In this document: one piece after another, positions 35,687-43,613 of the stretch
How positions within the stretch are numbered: position 1 is the first letter of the stretch
Layout of the letters: each line of letters starts with the position of its first letter
Translations under genes and position numbers: made by a program
Notes under the pieces: model-generated
Told to the model about the DNA's origin: nothing
Database searches by the model: none
The model's input: the letters and a program-made list of their open reading frames with translations, nothing else
Virus record (IMG/VR): IMGVR_UViG_3300006155_000004
Reading direction: 5' to 3' (one strand)
Origin: a virus
DNA: 64,000 bases

Positions 35687-36667
35687 ATGGAAAAGCCAAC
35701 GCTTAATTGGAGATGTAAAGATATATCTGGGTATAGGAAAGGAACGATAACTGTAAAAAATCCAACCGATAGCAGAAGTAAGAACGGATCTATAATATGG
35801 GAATGCGAGTGTGAGTGCGGAAACAAGGTTTATTTAACAAAACAACAAATAGAGAAAAATCCTTATTGTGGAAAACGCAATAAAACATATAATTTTATAG
35901 ATTTTAAAGACAAACAAATAGGTGTTCTTCATGTTATCGAATATACAGGAGATTCAAAATGGTTATGCGAATGTGAGTGTGGAAATCGGAAAATTGTTCA
36001 TAGGTCTGTTTTGCGAAAAGGAGCAACATATGCTTGCTCATGCAATCACAAACTTCATAAATCCGATTGCAATACAACGCATGGAAAGAGCAATACAAGG
36101 CTTTATCATGTTTGGTGCGGAATGAAAAACAGATGTTACAATAAAAATTTAGATGAATATCACAGATATGGCGGCAGAGGAATAACAATCTGCCCTGAAT
36201 GGCTGGGGAAGAACGGCTTTCAGAATTTTTGTAAATGGGCATATGCGAATGGGTACGACGAAAATGCAAAGCGTGGAGATTGTACAATAGACAGAATTAA
36301 CAATGATGGAAATTATGAACCGTCAAATTGCCGGTGGGCTACATATATTGAACAAGCCAATAATAGGAGTGACAATCATTTAATAGAGATAAGTGGGGTT
36401 GTTAAAGGAATTAAGGATTGGTGCGATGAATACGGAATAAAAATCGGAACGTATAAAACGAGAGTTCGCAGAGGAACGGACGATGTTTCTGCTATTACTA
36501 CGCCAATAAGAAAATTCAGCAAAGATTTAACCGAAAAAGAGAGAAAAGAAAGAAAACAAAAGAGACTTGAAAGAATTAAAAAATGGCAGGAAGAAAACAA
36601 AGATAAAGTTAAAGAATATCAAAGAAAAAGCGAGGAAAAGAAAAAATCAGAAAAGAAAGCCGATTAG
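35687..36667 (+). CDS. HNH_3-like DNA-binding protein (Arg in place of the HNH His) with CxC zinc-ribbon repeats
   Basis: In-frame ATG 35687 with TGGAGG RBS; WECECECGN / WLCECECGN repeats; LYHVWCGMKNRC...YGGRGITICPEW...CTIDRINNDGNYEPSNCRWAT. Confidence 0.55.
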   Translation: MEKPTLNWRCKDISGYRKGTITVKNPTDSRSKNGSIIWECECECGNKVYLTKQQIEKNPYCGKRNKTYNFIDFKDKQIGVLHVIEYTGDSKWLCECECGNRKIVHRSVLRKGATYACSCNHKLHKSDCNTTHGKSNTRLYHVWCGMKNRCYNKNLDEYHRYGGRGITICPEWLGKNGFQNFCKWAYANGYDENAKRGDCTIDRINNDGNYEPSNCRWATYIEQANNRSDNHLIEISGVVKGIKDWCDEYGIKIGTYKTRVRRGTDDVSAITTPIRKFSKDLTEKERKERKQKRLERIKKWQEENKDKVKEYQRKSEEKKKSEKKAD

Positions 36668-36689
36668 GGGCAGAAATGCCCCTTTTCTT
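36667..36689 (+). terminator. intrinsic terminator
   Basis: GGGGCA / TGCCCC stem followed by TTTT, overlapping the stop of 35687..36667. Confidence 0.6.
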
Positions 36690-36705
36690 GAAAGAGGGTG
36701 TATCT

Positions 36706-37029
36706 ATGAATTTTATTGTGAATAATCATATATGGAAGCTGCAATTCGCAAAAGGCGGCAGCGAAAATCTGCGTAGATCGGACGGCAGTTATACTTTTGG
36801 TGCGACGGACAATTCTGTCAAAACAGTTTTTCTCATGCAGAATATGTCGGATTACATGACGGATAAGGTATTAGTTCACGAATTGTCGCACGTCCATGCG
36901 CTAGAGTATGACTATTCAATTCCGCTATGGGTAGAAGAAATCGTTTGTGATTTCCTAAGTCTGTATGGCAGGAGCGTAGTCTATTTGGCGGATAGTATAA
37001 TGCCAAAGATTTTAAGGAGGATAGCATGA
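36706..37029 (+). CDS. HExxH metallopeptidase-like protein
   Basis: In-frame ATG 36706 (downstream of the terminator); KVLVHELSHV motif; paralog of 59819..60235. Confidence 0.5.
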   Translation: MNFIVNNHIWKLQFAKGGSENLRRSDGSYTFGATDNSVKTVFLMQNMSDYMTDKVLVHELSHVHALEYDYSIPLWVEEIVCDFLSLYGRSVVYLADSIMPKILRRIA

Positions 37030-37202
37030 CAAATATAGAGTTACTTAAATACATACAACGCACAAATCCCGAAATGACAATAGAGCATATGATTGAAGAA
37101 TTATCCAAGTGCCGATATTCGTCGGTTGCACTTTGTATGGTGTGTGAGAATGATAAAAATGTATTGCAAACCAAAGAATCTATGGTATACTAAACTTGTC
37201 TA
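37026..37202 (+). CDS. possible small protein (58 aa)
   Basis: Hand-translated; ATGA overlap with the upstream stop. Confidence 0.35.
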
Positions 37203-37244
37203 AGGTTTTAGTGAGCGATTTAGATTTCGCTATTCAAATTAAAG

Positions 37245-37270
37245 GCTTGCGATTTTGCAGGCTTTTTATT
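37245..37270 (+). terminator. intrinsic terminator
   Basis: GCTTGC / GCAGGC stem followed by TTTTTATT. Confidence 0.55.
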
Positions 37271-37421
37271 ATGCCCTGCGACAACGATGAATGGCTCAAA
37301 TTCGCCTTGAAATTGATTTGATGATAATTTATAGGTCAAGAGGATAAAACGCCTTAAAACGCAAAATACGAGTTCAGAGAGTGTTTCAGCACTCTTTTTT
37401 TAATTTTCTTGAAATTTTCTC

Positions 37422-37467
37422 TTGACTTTTGTTGTTAGCTACATTATACTAAACGTAGTTAGCTACA
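37422..37467 (+). promoter_or_regulatory. promoter with two GTTAGCTACA direct repeats
   Basis: TTGACT, 17-nt spacer, TATACT; repeats at 37434-37443 and 37458-37467. Confidence 0.55.
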
Positions 37468-37481
37468 AAGGAGGTGATTGT

Positions 37482-37658
37482 TTGGCTAACGCAAGCAGAG
37501 CCGAATACTTTAGGGAACGAAGAAAAACCATGAAACAGTTTAATGTAATGCTCAAGAGAGAAAAAATTGAAGCATTGGAAGAAAAGATTAAGTCTCAAGG
37601 GAAAACAAAGGTTGAGTGGTTCGAGGGAATCGTTGATAAAGAATTGGGCGAAAAATAA
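37482..37658 (+). CDS. small RHH-like protein
   Basis: TTG 37482, 7 nt after AAGGAGG, in frame with ORF 37422..37658; FNVMLKREKIEALEEKIK. Confidence 0.45.
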   Translation: MANASRAEYFRERRKTMKQFNVMLKREKIEALEEKIKSQGKTKVEWFEGIVDKELGEK

Positions 37659-37815
37659 TAAGAATGGAGCAATCAGCTTTTGCAAGGGCTATTGATTGCT
37701 CCACAACCCCAAACGGAGTACGCAAATATTATAGCACTGTGTACCTTTGTTTGGCAACCAATAAATCAAATGGAGGTATATTTTTATGACATTTTTTAGA
37801 AATAAAAATTAGGTA

Positions 37816-37861
37816 TTGACTTTTTGACATTCATAAAGTATAGTGTACTTAGTGACATTCA
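37816..37861 (+). promoter_or_regulatory. promoter with two TGACATTCA direct repeats
   Basis: TTGACT, 17-nt spacer, TATAGT; repeats at 37825-37833 and 37853-37861. Confidence 0.55.
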
Positions 37862-37881
37862 AAAAGTGAGGTGAAAAGCGT

Positions 37882-38043
37882 ATGTCACCAATGGGCAGAC
37901 CAAAGTCTGACAATCCCAAGTCCGAACAAGTCACAGTAAGGCTTGATAAAGAACATTCTGAAATTCTCAAAGAGTATTGCGAGAAAGAGAAAGTTGAAAA
38001 AGCAGAAGCCATAAGACGAGGGATAAGAAAATTAAAAGAGTAG
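37882..38043 (+). CDS. ribbon-helix-helix protein (53 aa)
   Basis: Hand-translated; GTGAGGTGA RBS; MSPMGRPKSDNPKSEQVTVRLDKEH... Confidence 0.6.
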   Translation: MSPMGRPKSDNPKSEQVTVRLDKEHSEILKEYCEKEKVEKAEAIRRGIRKLKE

Positions 38044-38166
38044 CCGTTTCAAGTTTGGCGACCAGATACGACTACTCAACGCACCAACCCCATGAGAGAT
38101 TGATAAATCCATTATATCAGCCTCTTATGGGAAAATCAATCATTTTTTCTTATAGGAGGATTTTTT

Positions 38167-38394
38167 ATGATGTTTTTTAGAAAGAAAAAGGAACTCAAAG
38201 AGAAGTTACAGAGGATTGACAAAGAACTTAAAAACCGCACAGCCGAGGTGTCGGACGATATTTGGGATTTAGGGGATTTCCTTATGCTGCTTAATATTGC
38301 GGAATATTCCAAACCATTAGGAAAGTCAAAAGCTATTGTTTACGCCCTTAAAATCGGGTATCTGGCAGGAATGGGTGGTACTGAAAATGAGTAA
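38167..38394 (+). CDS. hypothetical protein
   Basis: ORF track; TAGGAGGA RBS. Confidence 0.6.
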   Translation: MMFFRKKKELKEKLQRIDKELKNRTAEVSDDIWDLGDFLMLLNIAEYSKPLGKSKAIVYALKIGYLAGMGGTENE

Positions 38395-38635
38395 GAATGA
38401 CATTTTAGACCAAGTTTTTACCGCCACTTGCAAACTTGAACTTATGAGAACGGTAATTGAAACGCTTATTAACATGGTTGAGGATAATGGAGATATTAAG
38501 ACACTAGAGCAGGCTATGAATTTTGCATATATCCAAGGTACTATTGATGATTTTCTCCATATCACACATGATGGCGTACATTTTGCTATTCAGACATTGA
38601 ATAGCTTGCAGAAAGGTGGTTCTTCTGATGAATGA
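38387..38635 (+). CDS. hypothetical protein
   Basis: In-frame ATG 38387 overlapping the upstream stop. Confidence 0.6.
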   Translation: MSKNDILDQVFTATCKLELMRTVIETLINMVEDNGDIKTLEQAMNFAYIQGTIDDFLHITHDGVHFAIQTLNSLQKGGSSDE

Positions 38636-39464
38636 CATTCAAACCGCAACCATGCAGACACCTATTGAAATTGCGTTAGGCATTGATGAAAACGGCATGA
38701 CAACCGCAAGAAAACTGTATGCGTTTTTGGAGTTAGAGCCGAAAAATTATTCTCGTTGGTGCAAAAGTAATATTGCCGACAATGAATTTGCTACGGAAAA
38801 CGAGGATTATAAGGTTTTCGTCATTGATGAAGAAAACCCTTTAGGCGGTAGACCTACACAAGATTTTAAGCTGACCGCCCACTTTGCAAAGAAACTCTCA
38901 TGCAAAGGTAATGGAGAACGTGCGGAGCAGGCAAGGGAATATTTTTCCGCGCTTGATGACAAGGTCAAAGAGGTTGCCATAAACCGTAGCCAGTTATCCC
39001 AATCCACACAAGCATTGTTCGGTATCATTGAAAGCATGGCAAAGCAGGAGTTAGAACAGAAACGCCAAGCGGAGCAATTAAACCGTATTGAGCAAAAACA
39101 GGAAGTCATATCTGATACCTTTACCCATACTTCAACCGACGAAGATTTCAAAGCATGGGTAAATCGCTGTATTGCCAAGATTGCCGAAAGTCCGAATTAT
39201 GCGAATGGTACTGGCAGGTCGGCAAGGTATCAGAATGTCCGTACCGAGAGTTACGACAGATTAAGGCAGAAATGGAACTGTAACCTTAATGATAGGGTTG
39301 CAAGGGCTAAAGGTCGGGCTTTGGAAAACAAGCCTAACATTACCAAAAAGGAACTTGATTCCATTAACAAGTTATCCGTCATTTCAGAGGATAAGAGCCT
39401 AAAACCTGTCTATGAAACGGTCGTTAAGGAAATGATGATTTGCTACTGTGTAAACATTTCTTGA
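38628..39464 (+). CDS. phage antirepressor (Ant/KilAC-type)
   Basis: In-frame ATG 38628; ...TARKLYAFLE...YSRWCKSNI...DFKLTAHFAKKLS resembles AntA/KilAC antirepressors. Confidence 0.65.
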   Translation: MNDIQTATMQTPIEIALGIDENGMTTARKLYAFLELEPKNYSRWCKSNIADNEFATENEDYKVFVIDEENPLGGRPTQDFKLTAHFAKKLSCKGNGERAEQAREYFSALDDKVKEVAINRSQLSQSTQALFGIIESMAKQELEQKRQAEQLNRIEQKQEVISDTFTHTSTDEDFKAWVNRCIAKIAESPNYANGTGRSARYQNVRTESYDRLRQKWNCNLNDRVARAKGRALENKPNITKKELDSINKLSVISEDKSLKPVYETVVKEMMICYCVNIS

Positions 39465-39491
39465 CACGTTCCCAACTCTATACATCATTTA

Positions 39492-39530
39492 GGGCGGTAG
39501 TGGTCGGCTACTGCCCTTTATTCTGTTTTC
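39492..39530 (+). terminator. intrinsic terminator
   Basis: 9-bp stem GGGCGGTAG / CTACTGCCC followed by TTTATTCTGTTTT. Confidence 0.65.
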
Positions 39531-39615
39531 AAGGTACGGAATTGCGTTAGTCGGATTTGCACCAACTACTAGGCGACTAGCACGCAAATTTATTGGATAG
39601 ACTGCGGTTGCAGGC

Positions 39616-39759
39616 TTAATCTTTTTTATCTTTGAAGTGTGATGGCTTTCCGTAAATGTCTTTGCTGTCAACGGTACATTTTTTGCAGTATTTCTTTTTG
39701 CTTTTATCACGGTCTTTGTTTAGTTGTCCATATTCACAATTCTTGCAATCATATTTCAT
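39616..39759 (-). CDS. small zinc-ribbon protein (47 aa)
   Basis: Hand-translated MKYDCKNCEYG...KKYCKKCTV...; GGAGGG RBS 7 nt upstream; different frame from ORF-track 39489..39710. Confidence 0.5.
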   Translation of the reverse strand: MKYDCKNCEYGQLNKDRDKSKKKYCKKCTVDSKDIYGKPSHFKDKKD

Positions 39760-39812
39760 TCAAAATCCCTCCATTTCAAAAATTATAATTCCGTTGTGGG
39801 TGCGTGTCAAGG

Positions 39813-39835
39813 CGGAAAGGGCGGTTATACCGCCC
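39813..39835 (-). terminator. hairpin, possible terminator
   Basis: GGGCGGT / ACCGCCC stem then TTT on the minus strand, overlapping the stop of 39835..40095. Confidence 0.4.
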
Positions 39836-40095
39836 TATATCGTGTTGACATATTCCATAACGTGCTTTATGGTCTCATCATGCGATTTTCCTGCCATAAG
39901 CCGTTTCGATATCGTTGTAAGTTGTCGGCTGTTTGCGTCAATAATCTTTTTGAGTGCCTCTGTGGGTATCCTTCCAGTCGATACATACCAAGACAGTGGA
40001 TAGACGGCATTTTCTGCCTCGTTCGCGCTTAGGCCGCGTTTCCATAGTCTTGTTACAAGGGCAAACTCTATTTCGTTAAAATATTTTTGCGTCAT
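39835..40095 (-). CDS. hypothetical protein
   Basis: In-frame ATG at 40095 (MTQKYF...) inside ORF 39835..40146. Confidence 0.5.
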   Translation of the reverse strand: MTQKYFNEIEFALVTRLWKRGLSANEAENAVYPLSWYVSTGRIPTEALKKIIDANSRQLTTISKRLMAGKSHDETIKHVMEYVNTI

Positions 40096-40188
40096 ATCCT
40101 TTTCTTTCTCCCCTATATCCCTGGGGGCTGGGAATTTTATTGACAAATGGCAGTCGGGAGGCTTACGCTCCCTGCGCCGCTGGTCTTC

Positions 40189-40446
40189 CTATGATACAAG
40201 ATTTAAAATCTCGCTTCTTTTCGTCCGTACCATTATACGAGCTGTTTTTTCGTCAATTTGACCGTTTGTCATTTTTACAATCAGATTTGTAACCGCTGTA
40301 AATGCGTCAAATTCCGCCTTGTACGCCTCGTCAAAGGTCTTTTCTTTTTCTTCGTTGGTCGGATCGGCCATCATGGCATCGTCTGCCTTGTTTGCGATTT
40401 CCTCCAGTCTTGCAAGTTCTTCCAATCTCTTTTTTAATTCATTCAT
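40189..40446 (-). CDS. hypothetical coiled-coil protein
   Basis: ORF track; AAAGGTGG RBS. Confidence 0.6.
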   Translation of the reverse strand: MNELKKRLEELARLEEIANKADDAMMADPTNEEKEKTFDEAYKAEFDAFTAVTNLIVKMTNGQIDEKTARIMVRTKRSEILNLVS

Positions 40447-40516
40447 AATTTTTCCACCTTTTAACCTTTCTTTTTATTTTGTTCCAACCCCGGCATTTCT
40501 GCCGGACGCTTGCGGC

Positions 40517-40930
40517 CTATTTGCTGTATACTCCCAAAACCTCTGCTCCGCTGATTATCAACTCGCCCATATCGTTTCCACTCTCGGCATAATCTCCGCC
40601 CAAAACGTGGACATTGCCGCCAAAATAGATTTTAACCTGCTCTATGGATTTTGCGATTGATGCATCGTCTTCGGCATCAAATCCGATTACGCAAGTGCCG
40701 TCAAGCTCTCCAGCGTCATAAAATCCTGCGTAAATACCATCCTCAATATACGGATAAACCAACTCGCCGTCCTCGTCAAAATCCGGATCCTGGAAAAGCT
40801 GGTTGGAATTGCTGGCCGTATCGCCGATATTGTAGCATATTCCGTCGTCAACCCTCAATCCGTAAAACTCAAAATCTGTACCGCTGATTGCTTTCTTAAT
40901 GTCATCAATCGTTAATTTTGTCATATCCAT
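40517..40930 (-). CDS. strongly acidic protein (29 D/E vs 7 K/R in 137 aa)
   Basis: ORF track; AGGAGGGA RBS; first gene of the leftward operon, divergent from XRE 41092. Confidence 0.65.
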   Translation of the reverse strand: MDMTKLTIDDIKKAISGTDFEFYGLRVDDGICYNIGDTASNSNQLFQDPDFDEDGELVYPYIEDGIYAGFYDAGELDGTCVIGFDAEDDASIAKSIEQVKIYFGGNVHVLGGDYAESGNDMGELIISGAEVLGVYSK

Positions 40931-41091
40931 TCCCTCCTGTCTGGCTTGTTGTTTGCCTGTTTCTTTAACTGTCTTTATTATATCACTTTCAAAAGAAATG
41001 TCAAGCCTTTTTATAACTTTTCTAAGAAATATTTTTTGTTGACTTTTTCGTCGTTATAATATATATTAGGAAATAGAAAGGAGGCTTTAAA

Positions 41092-41328
41092 ATGCTGAAA
41101 TACAAATTTAATATGGAAGAAGCGCTGGAGCGTGCGAAATTTAACACGTACAAAGCAAAGACAACTGGACTTTTAAGCCAAGATACGCTAAAAAAAATAA
41201 AGGCAGAAAGTACAGATATTAGCCTTAAAGCATTAAATAATTTATGCTTAATTTTAGATATGCCGCCAGGGGCGATTCTGGATTTCGAAATCACAGACAA
41301 GGAAAAAGAAGATAGAAAAAAACTTTGA
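41092..41328 (+). CDS. XRE/Cro-type HTH regulator
   Basis: ORF track; AAAGGAGG RBS; ...TGLLSQDTLKKIKAESTDISLKALNNLCLIL HTH-like. Confidence 0.65.
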   Translation: MLKYKFNMEEALERAKFNTYKAKTTGLLSQDTLKKIKAESTDISLKALNNLCLILDMPPGAILDFEITDKEKEDRKKL

Positions 41329-41456
41329 TTATTTTAAAAATATCTCTTTACAAAGTGATAAGAATATGATATTATATAATTGTCAAGAGTGAAACCAAAT
41401 GACAATAACCGACAAGGCAGAGGGCAAGCGAAGCCTCAAGGGGAAAGGAGAAAAAC

Positions 41457-41609
41457 ATGAACGAAATGAAAGAATTTGTTGCATACAGCAAAAAGCTTTT
41501 AAGGGTACTTAAAAAGATAAAATCAGCATTGCAGAACAAAGATTATGCAGAGGTTGAAAAGCTGGTTGATGAACTGATTGATGACACCGAGGGCGATATC
41601 CAGGCATAA
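41457..41609 (+). CDS. hypothetical small helical protein (50 aa)
   Basis: Hand-translated; GGAAAGGAG RBS. Confidence 0.5.
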   Translation: MNEMKEFVAYSKKLLRVLKKIKSALQNKDYAEVEKLVDELIDDTEGDIQA

Positions 41610-41699
41610 CAGAATAAGGGTTCACAGAAAGGGCGGTCTTGTCACCGCCCCAACTGCTATTATAGGGTATCATATTTTTCTTGTTTCGGCAACTGTAAA

Positions 41700-41855
41700 T
41701 TATTGCATGGTGCATTAAAAATTCATTTCATAATGAATTAAAAATGAATTGCATAATGAATTTCATAATGCATTAATAATGCATTTAATAATTCATTTAT
41801 AACTGCATTACATAAATGCATTTTTAATGAAGTTAGTAAATGCATTATGAACTTT
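41700..41855. repeat. AT-rich array of about 13 ATGCAT/ATGAAT-core octamers
   Basis: Reiterated (A/T)AATGCATT, AATGAATT, ATTCATT units every 10-13 bp directly upstream of the RHH gene at 41875. Confidence 0.65.
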
Positions 41856-41874
41856 AAGAACGGAGGTTTTATAA

Positions 41875-42531
41875 ATGAGTGGAACGGAACAAAATAAACT
41901 TGATAAGTTGAACGCGCGTTATAAGCGTCAAAATGACAAGATACAAAAGAATTATGACAGAGTATCGGCAGTTCTTCCAAAGGGCAGTACAGATCGCATA
42001 AAAGCGTTAGGGATAAGCACAAATCAGTTTATAAACAGTGCGGTATCTTCCGAACTGGACAAGCTGGAAAGCGGTAAAAATCCAAAGAGAAAGCCAAAAG
42101 AGCCAACGCCTGACAAGGTAAACGGAAAGCCTGTTTACAGGTTCTGGAGAGAAGATGAATATATCAAGCGTGGCGGTCAGTGGTGGCATGAGGTTGTATT
42201 TTTCCATGATGACATGGAACTAAATGACTTGTTTATTAAATTTCTTGATATTTCGGCAAAGGAAAATGAAAACTATAAAGACGGATGCCGCCTGTGGTTT
42301 GATTTGATAAATCCGCAAAGGGAAGTAGGTAAAATAAGTGATTTGGAATTATTAAAAATGACAGATGAAGAAATAGGCAAAATCCCTGATGAACTGCTAG
42401 AGGAAACCATAGACCAGAACGAGGAATTAAAGGCGCTTTTGAAAGATTGTGTGTATAATGGCAATTATAAATCGTTGCTTGAATTTATTGGATTTTACGA
42501 ACTTGTGGAAACGACAAAAGACAATAAATAA
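41875..42531 (+). CDS. protein with N-terminal RHH domain and acidic C-terminal domain
   Basis: KNYDRVSAVLPKGSTDRIKALGISTNQFINSAV matches the RHH of 29546..29725; ACGGAGG RBS. Confidence 0.6.
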   Translation: MSGTEQNKLDKLNARYKRQNDKIQKNYDRVSAVLPKGSTDRIKALGISTNQFINSAVSSELDKLESGKNPKRKPKEPTPDKVNGKPVYRFWREDEYIKRGGQWWHEVVFFHDDMELNDLFIKFLDISAKENENYKDGCRLWFDLINPQREVGKISDLELLKMTDEEIGKIPDELLEETIDQNEELKALLKDCVYNGNYKSLLEFIGFYELVETTKDNK

Positions 42532-42686
42532 TTGCATTTACGAAATGCAGTTAATAAGTGATATTAATAATACAAGCCGTCTATATCGCAAGCATAGTCG
42601 GCTTAAATTGATATATGGCATATGTTCTTGAATGATTGTATTATATGCCATATATCCGCAATATGTCAAGTAGGAGTGCGGCAGAA

Positions 42687-43010
42687 ATGAAGCATGGAAA
42701 TAAATATTATTTGCAACTAAGCAGGAAGATTTTCACAGAGGAATACAGCAATTTGTCAAACAACGCAAAATGGCTTTTCGTGGTTTTGAATGAACTGGAA
42801 CAGGAATTTTGCGGAGATAAAGCAGAGGACTATTTTTATCGTTCCAATGAGGAATTGGCGAAAGACTGCAATTTCGGACTGTCAACGCTCAAGAAAGCCA
42901 AATCCGATCTATTAAAGACCGATTTAGTCCAGTCGCGGCAAGGGCATTTTGTAGACGATTTCGGAAAGAAAAGCGAAAAGCATTTTACATACTACCGAAT
43001 AAAGTCATAA
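42687..43010 (+). CDS. small winged-helix replication-initiator-like protein
   Basis: In-frame ATG 42687 with TAGGAG RBS; YYLQLSRKIF...LSNNAKWLFVVLNE...SNEELAKDCNFGLSTLKKAKSDLLKTDLV pattern; iterons start 5 bp after the stop. Confidence 0.45.
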   Translation: MKHGNKYYLQLSRKIFTEEYSNLSNNAKWLFVVLNELEQEFCGDKAEDYFYRSNEELAKDCNFGLSTLKKAKSDLLKTDLVQSRQGHFVDDFGKKSEKHFTYYRIKS

Positions 43011-43014
43011 TTAG

Positions 43015-43085
43015 CAAAGGCCAATATTTATACCATTGCCCAAAGGCCAAAATATAACCCACGGCAAAGGTCAGATTTTAACCCA
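43015..43085 (+). repeat. three 21-bp direct iterons (CAAAGGYCARNNTNTANNCCA), spacing 26 and 24 bp
   Basis: 43015-43035, 43041-43061, 43065-43085; about 15/21 positions invariant. Confidence 0.7.
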
Positions 43086-43454
43086 CGTATATAAGAACTG
43101 TATTTTATATTAAGAATTGGATTATAATTATCTAAGATTTAGTAAATAACATAGTATTGCTAAAGCAATACGTTGTATATTTATAATATATACAATAAAA
43201 CATAGCACAGTATATATTATTATCCACAGAGTATATTATACCAGTAGTCTATAGCGTACATATAGCCATAGTGTGCAGTGTTAGCCAATACAGTATATAT
43301 ATTCATATATCACAGAATATTAATCCAATACAGTAAATCTTTGGTCAATAAAGTATAACATACACACATTACCGGTATGTATTAAATTATTATAATACGC
43401 GCGCGGATATATATTATATACAGCTTGCAGAATATATGTTCTGTAAATCCACAG

Positions 43455-43483
43455 TTGACAGATAAATAAATCTATGATATGGT
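43455..43483 (+). promoter_or_regulatory. sigma-70-type promoter
   Basis: TTGACA, 17-nt spacer, TATGGT upstream of the TerS-like gene. Confidence 0.45.
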
Positions 43484-43613
43484 TTTAATAATTTAACAGA
43501 TTTACTTAACTTTTTTGGATGGAATTGTAGAGGGAAACTAAAACCCGGAGGTCATGACGCTATCATGGCTTTCTGGGTTATTTTTATTTTTAGGCAGAAT
43601 GGAGGTGTGGAAA

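Larger units (their letters stand above)
43011..43553. other. ORF-free, AT-rich, repeat-dense region: candidate replication origin
   Basis: Three 21-bp iterons, a GTATTGC/GCAATAC palindrome, then about 6 dispersed ACAG(T/A)ATAT-type repeats. Confidence 0.5.

Noticed and set aside
39489-39710. ORF-track 73-aa minus ORF
   Set aside because: It crosses the strong terminator at 39492-39530 and has no RBS. The overlapping 47-aa zinc-ribbon frame (39616..39759) has a GGAGGG RBS and was preferred.
28172-43553. CRISPR array among the repeat-rich regions (28172-28453, 41700-41855, 43011-43553)
   Set aside because: Repeat units are 8-21 bp, irregularly spaced and not separated by unique spacers of uniform length. 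There are no cas genes.
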